A DNA stretch of 64,000 bases from Candidatus Sericytochromatia bacterium. GTDB taxonomy: Bacteria > Cyanobacteriota > Sericytochromatia > S15B-MN24 > VGJW01. The notes beneath the pieces are model-generated. The model searched no databases and was not told the origin of the DNA. It was given only the letters and a program-made list of their open reading frames with translations. The DNA is taken from assembly GCA_035285865.1 (NCBI GenBank), contig JAYKHS010000003.1, positions 128,001-192,000 on the forward strand. Direction: 5' to 3'. This document shows positions 48,528 to 58,380 of the stretch, piece after piece. The stretch's first letter is position 1. Each line of letters begins with the position of its first letter. The position numbers and the translations under genes were made by a program.

Positions 48528-48877
48528 CGCAGTGCCCCCCGTCCAAGGACGTAGAAGTAACCGAAGAACAACACCGCGATGAACGTGCCCATCTCGACAA
48601 GGCCCGCGACGCCCAGCTCGCGGAAGCTGGCGGCCCAGGGGAACAGGAAGACGGCTTCCACGTCGAACAGGATGAACAGGATGGCGACCAGATAGAACTT
48701 GACCGAGAAGCGCTCGCGGGACGAACCGACCGTCCGCTGGATGCCCGCTTCATAGGGCAGCCCCTTGGCCGCCACCTTGCGCCGAGGCCCCAGGCGCTCG
48801 ATGGCGAGGACCAGAACGCCGGGGACGATGACCGCCAGGGCCAAGGTGCAGAGCAGGGCGAAGAGCGAGGCGTTCAT
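48518..48877 (-). CDS. nuoA: NADH-quinone oxidoreductase subunit A
   Basis: Motifs PYEAG, FYLVAILFILFDVE and GALRWE. Start set at MNASLF. Confidence 0.93.
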   Translation of the reverse strand: MNASLFALLCTLALAVIVPGVLVLAIERLGPRRKVAAKGLPYEAGIQRTVGSSRERFSVKFYLVAILFILFDVEAVFLFPWAASFRELGVAGLVEMGTFIAVLFFGYFYVLGRGALRWE

Positions 48878-48886
48878 GCGGCCCCC

Positions 48887-48895
48887 ATTGTAGCA
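48887..48895 (-). promoter_or_regulatory. Extended -10 element TGCTACAAT of the nuo operon
   Basis: Identical 9-mer to the cphB element, 9 nt upstream of the nuoA ATG. Confidence 0.55.
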
Positions 48896-48923
48896 GAGGT
48901 GGCAGGCAAGGCCTGCCGCATCG

Positions 48924-49478
48924 TCATGAACCGAGCCGAGCCTGCAACCGCAGGACGCCAACCACGGTCTTGGCGTCGCGGATGCGCCCGTCGAGGGCCA
49001 TCGCCACCACCTCGGACAGCGGCAGGCGGACCTGCTCGACGAACTCGTCCGGGTCTGTGTTGAACCCCGCGACGGGCGAGAGACCCGTCGCCTCGAACAG
49101 GCGCACCGTCTCCGTCGTCCAGCCGGGCGCGACGTGAATTTCCCCGAGGGGGTGCCAGGAATCGGCTGCAAGACCCGTCTCCTCGGCAAGCTCGCGGCGC
49201 GCCGTGGACTCGGGCGCCTCACCCGTGGCGCATGTACCTGCCGGCAACTCGAGGGTCACCCGTTCGAGGGCGTAGCGAAACTGCCGGACCATCACGATCT
49301 CGCCGTCCTGATGCGCGGCGATCGCCACGGCCCCGGGATGCTCGACCACCTCGCGCGAGGCCGTGCGTCCGTCGGGCAACGCCACGGCATGCACGGCAAG
49401 GCGCAGGACACGACCGCTCCAGGCCACTTCCCGCGTCAGCCCCCGCTCCGTCAGATGGGGGAATGCGTCGTGGGCCAT
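48924..49478 (-). CDS. Nudix hydrolase (ADP-ribose pyrophosphatase-like)
   Basis: Motifs REVVEHPGAV, RQFRY, Nudix box ELPAG...ARRELAEETG, and DAKT. Confidence 0.88.
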   Translation of the reverse strand: MAHDAFPHLTERGLTREVAWSGRVLRLAVHAVALPDGRTASREVVEHPGAVAIAAHQDGEIVMVRQFRYALERVTLELPAGTCATGEAPESTARRELAEETGLAADSWHPLGEIHVAPGWTTETVRLFEATGLSPVAGFNTDPDEFVEQVRLPLSEVVAMALDGRIRDAKTVVGVLRLQARLGS

Positions 49479-50404
49479 GGGCCATCCTCCGGGTGCTCGG
49501 CCGGCAGCCGATCCACCATGAGTTGCTGCCGGACCGAAAGCACGCGCCGCGTCCTCATGATGGCGGCCACAAGTTCATCCCCCAGTCGCTCGGACCGCAG
49601 GAGTCGGTCGAGGCGAGGCTTGTCGACCTTGGCGACGCGTGCCAGCAGGCCGGCATCCGCGAGAACCTCCTTGAGCTCGTCCGCCTGATACTCGACGCTT
49701 TCGCGTCTCTCCAGACGGAAGCGCACCTCTCCGGGCAGGTCCAGTGCGGGCGCGCCGGCCTCCTCGAGGTACAGCTCCAACGTCCGGCGCAGGGTGAAGT
49801 CCTCGACCCGCAACGCCTCGATCCGCTGCTGCACGTCGAGATATTCCCGCGCCACCATGTCGATGGTCCCGAATCGACTACGGTACCCTTCGAGCCGCTC
49901 TCGATAGGCGCGCTCCAGCAAGGGATAGATGTCGGCGAGGGCCTGCGCATCGGCAAGCGCGCGATGGTACTGCCTGGGTTGCAGTCCGAACAGGTTGACG
50001 AGGCGCTCGACGGAAAGGGCCTTGTCTCCCGGAAATACCTCGCGCGCCCACGTCTGGGTGTCCAGGGACCGCGGCTGGAACGAGCGTCCGCGCAGGGAAC
50101 GAAAGGCCGCGTCGAGAAAGCCGATGTCGAAGGCCACGCTATGCCCCACGACCATCGGGTCCTCCCCGAGGAAGGCCTCGATCCGGTCCAGCACGTCGGC
50201 GAGCCTCGGGGCTCCTCGGACCATCTCGGCGGTGATGCCGTGGATCGCCACGTTCGCGGGTCGCAACGGGACCCCGGGGTCCACCAGCACCTCGTAGTCC
50301 GCAACCTTGCGGCCATCTTCGAGGGCGACCATCCCGACCTCGAGGATGCGGTCGACCTTCGGGTCGAGTCCGGTGGTCTCGAGGTCCAGCACCACCACCC
50401 GCAT
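49451..50404 (-). CDS. DEDDh 3'-5' exonuclease (DnaQ-like) with extra C-terminal domain
   Basis: ExoI LDLETTG, ExoII GHSVAFD and ExoIII YHRALADA. About 140-aa helical/coiled-coil C-terminus. Confidence 0.85.
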   Translation of the reverse strand: MRVVVLDLETTGLDPKVDRILEVGMVALEDGRKVADYEVLVDPGVPLRPANVAIHGITAEMVRGAPRLADVLDRIEAFLGEDPMVVGHSVAFDIGFLDAAFRSLRGRSFQPRSLDTQTWAREVFPGDKALSVERLVNLFGLQPRQYHRALADAQALADIYPLLERAYRERLEGYRSRFGTIDMVAREYLDVQQRIEALRVEDFTLRRTLELYLEEAGAPALDLPGEVRFRLERRESVEYQADELKEVLADAGLLARVAKVDKPRLDRLLRSERLGDELVAAIMRTRRVLSVRQQLMVDRLPAEHPEDGPWPTTHSPI

Positions 50405-52029
50405 CAGCGGGGCCTTGGGGTGCCTGCCGGCCGAGGGGGAAGCGGACGGGCGGCAGGACGCGCCGGCAAACGCCCGGCAGGCGTGACTCCGGGCCGGGGC
50501 TGGGCCGGTCCCGCAACCGGGGGACGCGCCTGTGGCCGAGGCGTCGCCAATCGAGGCTCTTCACCGGCAACGAAGGAGACAGGCGCATGCACGGTGGACA
50601 CGGCCCATGGAAGACGCGGAGCCTCGGGCAACTCGAAGGAACCCGCCAGCTTCACCGCCGTGACGCTGAAGCGATAGGCTGCTCCCTTGCGCAGGGCAAG
50701 GGCGGGCACCTTGGGCATCCGCACCAAGGTCGAGGTGGTCCAGGCTTCCCAGACCGTATTCAGGTCCTCCTCGGCTTCCTCGAGACGCACACGATAGGCA
50801 CTGACCTCGCTGCCGGCAGACCACGCAAAGGCCGTCGCCGTATCGAAGCCCACCGAGGGGGTCGCCCCCACGTCGGGCAGGTTGAAGTCCAGACTGAGGC
50901 CCTGGGCCGTGACTTGATGGGCATGGCCGTGGCTCGCGTTGCCCGATGCATCCACGGCAACGGCGCGGACATGGAAGCTGCTGCTTGCTTCGGGCTGGGG
51001 CAGGGAGAAGCGGTAGCGCCCATCCTCATCCGGCACGACGGAAGCCAGCATGCACTCGGCACCTGCCTCGGGCACATAGAAAGCCTGGACCTGACGCGGA
51101 AGCAATTCCTTGCGCGGGGAAACTACACGTCCCGCCACCATGATGCGCTTGGAGACGGCGCGCAGGGATAGCGCGACGGGCTCCGTCCGCCCCTCCTTGC
51201 CCTCGCCGACCCTGACACCCCGGACTACGCCGAAAGCCCTGACCTCGCCAGGCTCGCCGGGCAGCCACGCAGCAACGGCCCGCTTGCCTGACGGCAGACC
51301 CTTCAGGCGAAACTCACCCTCGGCGCCCGTGAGACCCAGACCTTCGCCCGCGAGGTCCTGAGGCAACGCTGCGGCCACCTGGGTTCCGGCGGCGGCCTTG
51401 CGGTTCACGGCCTGGACCGTGCCGGCGACCTCATGCCCCTGCCGCTCCGGACGCCGCGGCGTCAGCCTCAGGCTGAATCTGCCGGATGCCGGCCGTCCGC
51501 CCACGATCGTGACGGGCGTGTAGTCGGGGTGAAGGATCGTGAATGCATAGGAGCCCGCAGGCAGGTCCTTCCAGACGAACTGCCCTTTCTCATCGGTCGT
51601 GGCGCGAACGGGCTTGTCCAGAAACGCCCCTGCGGGCTTGGGCGTGGCGCTGGGACGCGCAGCGGGAGCCGGGCCGGCGACCGCGGGCGCAGCACCGGGA
51701 GCTGGCACCGACCCCGAAGCGCCAAGCGCCGAATCTCCGGTTGCCGCCTGCGTGCCCGCCGCGGCAGGCGCGGCATCCGTCGCCTCCTCGGGCAACATCT
51801 CGGCCCACGCCTGCGCCTCGTCCACGGGCTTTCCGGTCAAGGCGTCGACGATGGTGCCCTTGATGGTCGCCTTGTCCACCTGAGCATTGGTCGCAGCGGC
51901 CCCGGCCACACCCGTTGCCGGCGGCAGTTGCACGCCGTTGCCGCCCGGCGAGGTCGGACTGGTGCTGGAGCAACCGACGACCAGCAGAAGGGCAGCAGCC
52001 CCCCGGCGATGGCGTGGAATCAAGTACAT
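50404..52029 (-). CDS. Lipoprotein with carboxypeptidase-regulatory-like (transthyretin-like) beta domains
   Basis: Lipobox-like LVVGC. Repeats IKGTIVDALTGKPV / TTDEKGQF..DLPAGSY / TGAEGEF / DEDGRY. Start is uncertain (52029 or 52068). Confidence 0.75.
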   Translation of the reverse strand: MYLIPRHRRGAAALLLVVGCSSTSPTSPGGNGVQLPPATGVAGAAATNAQVDKATIKGTIVDALTGKPVDEAQAWAEMLPEEATDAAPAAAGTQAATGDSALGASGSVPAPGAAPAVAGPAPAARPSATPKPAGAFLDKPVRATTDEKGQFVWKDLPAGSYAFTILHPDYTPVTIVGGRPASGRFSLRLTPRRPERQGHEVAGTVQAVNRKAAAGTQVAAALPQDLAGEGLGLTGAEGEFRLKGLPSGKRAVAAWLPGEPGEVRAFGVVRGVRVGEGKEGRTEPVALSLRAVSKRIMVAGRVVSPRKELLPRQVQAFYVPEAGAECMLASVVPDEDGRYRFSLPQPEASSSFHVRAVAVDASGNASHGHAHQVTAQGLSLDFNLPDVGATPSVGFDTATAFAWSAGSEVSAYRVRLEEAEEDLNTVWEAWTTSTLVRMPKVPALALRKGAAYRFSVTAVKLAGSFELPEAPRLPWAVSTVHAPVSFVAGEEPRLATPRPQARPPVAGPAQPRPGVTPAGRLPARPAARPLPPRPAGTPRPR

Positions 52030-52102
52030 GCGGGACTCCGGAGACGTCTTGGACTCAGGGTGGTGCATGCTACCCCGGCCCGCCATGTCGAGCAAACCCC
52101 CG

Positions 52103-52813
52103 TCACCGGATCTCCTCGTCACGCAGGATGGCCCCCAGCCGCCGACGGGTGTCGCGCAACATCGCAGCCGCGACGTGGTTGGGCTCGGGCAGACGGTGCC
52201 CCCGCAAGAGCGCCCTGGCCCAGTGGGTAGCCGCCTGGACATCCACGCCGTGCCCCGGCGTGACAATCACCGGCGCCCCTCCGGCACGCGTGCGCATCAC
52301 CTCGCCGAGCACCTGCCCGCGATGAATCAGCGCGACTCGCGAACCCGGGTCCGGGGGCACCGGAAGATGCTGGCCAAGGTGGCCCTTGCCCCCGCACGCG
52401 ATGGTCGGAACGCCCAGCAGCACGCCCAGGTGCCCTGCCGGCCCGAGCCCGGCTGTATGGGCCCACCCCGGAGCCCCGACCACCACAAGATCCGGCTTCG
52501 GTCCGCATTCCGACAGCACGTGCAGCATCACGGGGAGATCGACGAAGGCCGCGAGTTCGCGAATCGGGGGAAAGCGCACGGCCCGGTCGGCGATCGCCTT
52601 GCTGACAACCTCAAGCCCGGGCCAACGCACGGACACGGCGGCCGCCGCGACACGTCCCGAGGCCCTGTCCCGCAGCAGCTCCAGGCCCATCACCACCGAC
52701 GGCACCCCGACCCTGTTGTCCCGGACCACCCGGCGGGCCAAATCCTGCTGAATCCTGTAGGCCTCCTCGGGGGGAACCTCGAAGGCGTGGGCAAATTGCA
52801 GGTCGATGTCCAT
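52103..52813 (-). CDS. nfi: Endonuclease V homologue with apparently degenerate active site
   Basis: EAYRIQQDLA, PDLVVV, GHLGVLLGVPTI, PVIVTPGH and RLPEP match the EndoV pattern, but the catalytic positions differ. Confidence 0.75.
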   Translation of the reverse strand: MDIDLQFAHAFEVPPEEAYRIQQDLARRVVRDNRVGVPSVVMGLELLRDRASGRVAAAAVSVRWPGLEVVSKAIADRAVRFPPIRELAAFVDLPVMLHVLSECGPKPDLVVVGAPGWAHTAGLGPAGHLGVLLGVPTIACGGKGHLGQHLPVPPDPGSRVALIHRGQVLGEVMRTRAGGAPVIVTPGHGVDVQAATHWARALLRGHRLPEPNHVAAAMLRDTRRRLGAILRDEEIR

Positions 52814-52877
52814 GGCTGCTGCCCCCGGTGTATACCCTAGGGAACGACCCGGGAGACCCCTGCGAGGTATCGGCAAG

Positions 52878-53873
52878 ATGGGCCTGCGTCCGGCGCGACG
52901 CGAACTGCTGCTGGAGCAACTGGCCACGATGCTGGACAGCGGGCTGCCGCTCGCGGGCGCGTGGCAACGGCTGCCCGAGTCCGGCAAAGACCCCGCGATT
53001 GGCGGAATAGGCAGGCGACTGGCGAGGGGATGGTCACTCGAGGATGCCTTGGACCGAGCCGCCCGGGATGGACAGGCCCCCTTCTCGACTTGGGAAATCG
53101 CCTGGTTGGCCGCCGGTGAGAGATCGGGCACCCTGCCTGCCACGTGCGCACGTCTCGCCGCGCACTGGTCCGGACAACGGGAGACGATGGCCCGGATCCG
53201 GTCGGGTCTGGTCTACCCGGCCGGGCTGGTTCTGCTGATGCTGCTGGTTGCCCCAGTGGATCGGCTGATTGCCGAGGGTATGCCCGGCTATTTGCAGGCG
53301 CTGGCCGCCTTGATGCTGCGGGCCCTGGGTCTCCTGGCTCTCGTCGGGCTCGCAGCGGGATTCGCCGGCCGCAGCCCCCGCCTGCGGGAAGCAGGCCTGC
53401 TCGTCTGGGAGCATGTCCCCATCCTCGGCAAGCCCTGGAAGCTCGCGGGCGAAATTCGACTGACCCGCGCGCTCGCGGCGATGTGGCAAGCGGGCGTCGC
53501 GCTTGACCAGGCATGGCCCGTCGCGACCTTGGCATCTGGCTCGCCGGGTCTCCCGCATGCCGGGGAAGAAGCCGCTTCGGCCATCCTCCGCGGCGAGGAT
53601 CCCGATGCGGCTCTGGCTAGCATCGGTCGCCGGTATGGCGCCGAGTGGGTCGCGGCTTACACGACGGGGGAAAGCACCGGTCGACTGGACGAGACGCTGG
53701 AACGCCATGCACGGCGCCGGGACGGTGAGCTCGACAGGGCGCTGGCCACCATGACCCGAACCGTCAGCCAGACCGGCTACCTGATCGTGGCTGCGATGCT
53801 GGTGCAGAAGATCGCCGGCATGTATGCCGGGGCCATGGACCAGGTCAACGGAGCCCTGCGGGACATTTATTGA
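52878..53873 (+). CDS. Type II secretion/type IV pilus platform protein (GspF/PilC family)
   Basis: Motifs QLATMLDSGLPL, GERSGTL, LVYP and a second repeat GESTGRLDE. Confidence 0.8.
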   Translation: MGLRPARRELLLEQLATMLDSGLPLAGAWQRLPESGKDPAIGGIGRRLARGWSLEDALDRAARDGQAPFSTWEIAWLAAGERSGTLPATCARLAAHWSGQRETMARIRSGLVYPAGLVLLMLLVAPVDRLIAEGMPGYLQALAALMLRALGLLALVGLAAGFAGRSPRLREAGLLVWEHVPILGKPWKLAGEIRLTRALAAMWQAGVALDQAWPVATLASGSPGLPHAGEEAASAILRGEDPDAALASIGRRYGAEWVAAYTTGESTGRLDETLERHARRRDGELDRALATMTRTVSQTGYLIVAAMLVQKIAGMYAGAMDQVNGALRDIY

Positions 53874-53890
53874 TTCCTCGCTGTGCCCGA

Positions 53891-53909
53891 TGAAAAGACT
53901 TTGAAAAGA
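53891..53909 (+). promoter_or_regulatory. Direct repeat TGAAAAGA-N3-TGAAAAGA (candidate regulator site)
   Basis: 11-bp period, AT-rich, upstream of CATACT (53934-53939) and the GAGGAG RBS. Confidence 0.45.
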
Positions 53910-53962
53910 ATCGCATCAGGCCCACGGGCAGCCCATACTCCAACCAAGAGGAGCAGGACGCC

Positions 53963-54397
53963 ATGTCGAGCATCTTCGGACCCCGCAACTCGGGTTCCAC
54001 CCCACCGATCCAGCCGATTGGCGGCGCGCCCGCGCCGTCGTCCCAGCCGGCACGCGGCACGGAAAGCCAGCCCTCCGCCTCCTCGGCACCGGGCGACGTC
54101 AACGGCACCGCCGAGCTGAACGGACGCTCGAGCGGCATCGCGCTCCCCGAACCAGAGGCATCGGCGGGACCGGACATCGAGGACCTGGGGGAAGGTGCCC
54201 TCCGCTCGACTGCGGACCTCCGGCAGTTCCTCGAAGCGGCACGCGACAACGGTGTCGAGGGTGTCACCGCCGAGGACGATGGCAGCCTGTCCGCCTCCGG
54301 ACCTGCACTCGAGATGATGGGTCTGTGGACCGGCACCGTCGCCGATGACCGCAGCCTGGCGTCGCTGGGTATTGTCAACATCCGCCTCTCGGCCTGA
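53963..54397 (+). CDS. Hypothetical acidic protein with Ser/Pro-rich N-terminus
   Basis: GAGGAG RBS and 144 aa; fills the gap before uvrA. Confidence 0.7.
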   Translation: MSSIFGPRNSGSTPPIQPIGGAPAPSSQPARGTESQPSASSAPGDVNGTAELNGRSSGIALPEPEASAGPDIEDLGEGALRSTADLRQFLEAARDNGVEGVTAEDDGSLSASGPALEMMGLWTGTVADDRSLASLGIVNIRLSA

Positions 54398-54415
54398 GCC
54401 GAGCCGTTCCGGACG

Positions 54416-57271
54416 TCAGGCCGGAACTGTCCCGGCGAGGCAGGCTTGCAGGAAGAGACCCGTGTGGGATGCGGCATTGTCCGCAATCGCTTCGGGCGTG
54501 CCGCAGCCCACGATGTTGCCGCCGCCTGACCCGCCCTCGGGGCCGAGATCGATCAGGTAATCGGCGCTCTTGATGACTTCCAGGTTGTGCTCGATGCAGA
54601 CCACGCTGTTGCCAGCATCCACGAGGCGCTGCAGCACGCCCAGCAATCGGTCGGTGTCATAGGCCGATAGCCCAGTGGTCGGCTCGTCGAGAATCAGGAC
54701 GGTCCGCCCCGTGCTGCGGCGGGACAACTGCTCGGCCAGTTTGACGCGCTGCGCCTCGCCGCCTGACAAGGTCGTCGCTGGTTGACCCAGCTTGATGTAT
54801 CCGAGGCCGACGTCGCTCAAGGTCTGCAACTTGGTCTTCAGTCGCGGCAGATTCTGGAAGAAGCCGAGGGCTTCGTCCACCGTCATGTCGAGCACCTCGG
54901 CGATGTGCCGTCCCTTGAAGGTGATGGTGAGCGTTTCCCGGTTGTACCGGGAACCACGGCAGACGTCGCACGGCACGTATACGTCCGGCAGGAAATGCAT
55001 CTCGATCCGATTCATTCCCTCGCCGCCGCAAGCCTCGCAGCGTCCACCCTTCACGTTGAAGCTGAAACGGCCGGGGCCGTAGCCGCGGGCACGGGCTTCG
55101 AGGGTCTGGGCGAAGGTGTCGCGCACGAGATCGAAGAGCCCCGTGTAGGTGGCCGGGTTTGAACGCGGCGTACGCCCGATGGGCGCCTGGTCGATGACGA
55201 TGACCTTGTCGACATGCTCCAGCCCCTCGACCGCCCGCAGGCCCAATGGCCGCGGACCGCCATGCAGGTGGAAGCGCAGCGACTCGTGCAGCAGGTCGTT
55301 GACGAGCGTGCTCTTGCCTGAACCCGATACCCCTGTCACGCAAACGAAGCACCCCAAGGGGAAAGCGACGTCGAGATCCTTCAGGTTGTTGCGTCGACAT
55401 CCCGAGAGCCTGAGCGCCACGCCGTGGCCCTTGCGCCGCTCGGCCGGCACGGGGATGGTCCGGCGTCCCGACAGGTAGAGGCCAGTCCACGAGACAGGAT
55501 GAGCGGCCACCTCGGCAGGGGGGCCGGCGACCACCACCTCGCCGCCATGACGCCCTGCGCCGGGACCGATGTCGACGACCCAATCGGCAGCCCGGATGGT
55601 GTCCTCATCGTGCTCCACCACGAGGACGGTGTTGCCGAGATCCCGCAGCCGCGCGAGCGTGGCCAGCAAGCGTGCGTTGTCGCGCTGATGCAGGCCTATG
55701 CTGGGCTCGTCCAGCACGTACATCACGCCTGTGAGCCCGCTGCCGATCTGCGTGGCCAGTCGGATACGCTGGGCCTCCCCACCCGACAGGGTGCTGGCCT
55801 TGCGTCCCAGGGTCAGGTAGTCGAGCCCCACATCCAGCAGGAAGGTCAGGCGGGCCCTGACCTCCTTGAGAATCTGCTGGGCGATGCGGGCGTCCCTATC
55901 CGTCAACGCCAGCTCCGCAAAGAAGCCCTGGGCGGAGCGGATGTCCATGCCCGTGACCTCGGCAATCGATCGGCCCCCGACGCGGACGGCCAGCACCTCG
56001 GGCTTGAGGCGCGCTCCCCCGCACGTCTCGCAGTCGCGCTCGGTCATATACGCCTCGAGCTCTTCCTTGACCCGCTCGGACGTCGACTCGCCGTGGCGAC
56101 GTGCCAACTGGCGCAGGACGCCTTCCCAGCGCGTCCGATAGCCGACCTCGCCAGGCCGGAACCAGCTCTCGCGATCCACGTGAATACGCTCCGGCGTGCC
56201 CTCGAGGATGACCTTGCGCGCCTCGGCCGGCAGGTCATCCCATCGGGTCTGGACAGATACCCCGAGATGGTTGGCCACCGCCTCGAGCAGTTGCCCGTAG
56301 TAGGGATTGCTGGAACCAGCCCACGGAGCGATGGCCTCGGCGAGTCGCTTGCCCCCGTCGGGCACGATGCGCTCCGGGTCGAACTCCATGCGGCTGCCCA
56401 GGCCATGGCAGGCCCCGCAAGCGCCGAATGGACTATTGAAACTGAAGAGCCTGGGTTCGATCTCGGCGAACGAGAAGTCGCAGTTCGGACAGGCCAGGCG
56501 CTCGCTGAAAAGCAATTCCTCGGAACGGGGCGCCTCGCGCGTGCCCAGCAGTTCGACGAGCATCAGTCCCTCGCCACGGCGCAACGCCTGGCTCACGGAG
56601 TCCGCGAGGCGTGCCCCTAGGTCGGGTCGCGCCACAAGACGGTCGATGACCACGGCCAGATCGTGCTTGCGGTTCTTGTCGGGTGTCGACAGGGGACCGT
56701 CGAGCTCGACGACCTCGCCATCGAGCCGCACCCGGACAAACCCCTCCTTGCGAACATCCTCCAGCAACTGGCGGAATTCGCCCTTACGACCGCGCACCAG
56801 GGGGGCGAGCACCTGGAAGCGCATGCCCTCGGGCAGCTCGGCAAGACGATCACAGATCTGCTCGACACTCTGCGGGCGAATGGGCACGGCGCAGGCGGGG
56901 CAATGGGGCACGCCCACCCGGGCGTAGAGCAGCCGCAGGTAGTCGTAGATCTCCGTGACGGTCCCTACGGTCGAACGCGGATTGTGCGACGTCGACTTCT
57001 GGTCGATGGAGATCGCCGGGGACAACCCCTCGATGAGATCCACATCGGGCTTGTCCATCTGCCCGAGAAACTGCCGGGCGTAGGCGGACAGACTCTCGAC
57101 GTAACGCCGCTGTCCCTCTGCGAAGATCGTATCGAAGGCCAAGGATGACTTGCCCGAACCGGACACTCCCGTAAAGACCACCAGGCGATCGCGCGGGATG
57201 TCGAGGCTGATGTCCTTCAGGTTGTGGGCGCGGGCGCCCTTGACGCGAATGACAGCGGATGAACCCGACAT
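54416..57271 (-). CDS. uvrA: Excinuclease ABC subunit A
   Basis: Motif GARAHNLK, two Walker [17 protein letters not shown] twice, and zinc-finger CxxC pairs. Confidence 0.97.
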   Translation of the reverse strand: MSGSSAVIRVKGARAHNLKDISLDIPRDRLVVFTGVSGSGKSSLAFDTIFAEGQRRYVESLSAYARQFLGQMDKPDVDLIEGLSPAISIDQKSTSHNPRSTVGTVTEIYDYLRLLYARVGVPHCPACAVPIRPQSVEQICDRLAELPEGMRFQVLAPLVRGRKGEFRQLLEDVRKEGFVRVRLDGEVVELDGPLSTPDKNRKHDLAVVIDRLVARPDLGARLADSVSQALRRGEGLMLVELLGTREAPRSEELLFSERLACPNCDFSFAEIEPRLFSFNSPFGACGACHGLGSRMEFDPERIVPDGGKRLAEAIAPWAGSSNPYYGQLLEAVANHLGVSVQTRWDDLPAEARKVILEGTPERIHVDRESWFRPGEVGYRTRWEGVLRQLARRHGESTSERVKEELEAYMTERDCETCGGARLKPEVLAVRVGGRSIAEVTGMDIRSAQGFFAELALTDRDARIAQQILKEVRARLTFLLDVGLDYLTLGRKASTLSGGEAQRIRLATQIGSGLTGVMYVLDEPSIGLHQRDNARLLATLARLRDLGNTVLVVEHDEDTIRAADWVVDIGPGAGRHGGEVVVAGPPAEVAAHPVSWTGLYLSGRRTIPVPAERRKGHGVALRLSGCRRNNLKDLDVAFPLGCFVCVTGVSGSGKSTLVNDLLHESLRFHLHGGPRPLGLRAVEGLEHVDKVIVIDQAPIGRTPRSNPATYTGLFDLVRDTFAQTLEARARGYGPGRFSFNVKGGRCEACGGEGMNRIEMHFLPDVYVPCDVCRGSRYNRETLTITFKGRHIAEVLDMTVDEALGFFQNLPRLKTKLQTLSDVGLGYIKLGQPATTLSGGEAQRVKLAEQLSRRSTGRTVLILDEPTTGLSAYDTDRLLGVLQRLVDAGNSVVCIEHNLEVIKSADYLIDLGPEGGSGGGNIVGCGTPEAIADNAASHTGLFLQACLAGTVPA

Positions 57272-57384
57272 GCCTCCATGATAGCCCACCGGGGGGCTCT
57301 GGGCCCCGCATGTACGGATTCTGGCAACACGGCCGTTCGCGTGCTATCGTTTCGGATCGTCCGATGCAGGAGGACTCTCCCGAC

Positions 57385-58380
57385 GTGGCCGAAGCATTGC
57401 TCAAGGTGTCCGGTCTCCAGACCCACTTCTTCACGGATGAAGGGGTCGTCAAGGCCGTCGATGGCGTGGACTTCGAGGTCCAGCGCGGCAAGATTCTCGG
57501 CATCGTCGGAGAGTCGGGCTGCGGCAAGTCCATCACGTCGCTGTCGATCATGCGGCTCGTGTCGGGGCCGAACGGCAAGACCGTGGGCGGCCAGATTCTG
57601 TTCCAGGGGCAGGACCTCCTGAAGCTGCCCGAGGCCGAGATGCGCCAGATCCGCGGCAACAGGATCGCGCTGATCTCGCAGGATCCCATGACCAGCCTGA
57701 ACCCCGTCCTGACGGTGGGAGAGCAGATCATGGAAGCCATCATCCTCCACCAGAAAGTGGATCGCGCAACTGCACGCCAACGCGCCATCAAGGCCCTGAC
57801 GGACGTGGGCATCCCCTCTCCGGAAAACCGCGTGGATGACTACCCCCACCAGTTCTCGGGCGGCATGCGCCAGCGCGCCATCATCGCGATGGCTCTGGCC
57901 TGCGAGCCGGATCTGCTGATTGCCGATGAGCCGACCACGGCGCTCGACGTGACCATCCAAGCCCAGATTCTCGACCTGATGCGCAAGATCCGCACGGAAC
58001 GCCAGGCCGCCGTCGTGCTCATCACCCATGATCTGGGCGTGGTGGCCGAGATGTGTGACCACGTCGCTGTCATGTACGCCGGCAAGGTCGTCGAGTACAC
58101 CGATGTGAACACGCTCTTCGCGAACCCCGCCCATCCCTACACGCAGGGGTTGCTCAAGTCGATCCCTCGGATGGGCGGCGGCAAGGATCGGCTCGTGCCC
58201 ATCGAGGGACAGCCACCCTCGCTGGCGCACCTGCCGCCAGGCTGCTCATTCGCCCCGCGCTGCACCAGCTACCAGTCGGGCACCTGTGACCAGATGCCCC
58301 GCCTGACGTCGATCTCCGCAGACCATCAGGTCCGCTGCTGGGTCGCGTCTGCCGCCGCCGAGGAGGCCATGGCTCCATGA
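57385..58380 (+). CDS. oppD: Oligopeptide/dipeptide ABC ATPase (OppD/DppD)
   Basis: Motifs [25 protein letters not shown] and HPYT, plus C-terminal Cys cluster. Confidence 0.9.
   Translation: MAEALLKVSGLQTHFFTDEGVVKAVDGVDFEVQRGKILGIVGESGCGKSITSLSIMRLVSGPNGKTVGGQILFQGQDLLKLPEAEMRQIRGNRIALISQDPMTSLNPVLTVGEQIMEAIILHQKVDRATARQRAIKALTDVGIPSPENRVDDYPHQFSGGMRQRAIIAMALACEPDLLIADEPTTALDVTIQAQILDLMRKIRTERQAAVVLITHDLGVVAEMCDHVAVMYAGKVVEYTDVNTLFANPAHPYTQGLLKSIPRMGGGKDRLVPIEGQPPSLAHLPPGCSFAPRCTSYQSGTCDQMPRLTSISADHQVRCWVASAAAEEAMAP

Noticed and set aside
57284..57350. LexA/SOS box between uvrA and oppD (ACAC-GGCC-GTTC, TGTAC)
   Set aside because: Only partial matches to GAAC-N4-GTTC or the cyanobacterial-type box, which is not distinguishable from chance.
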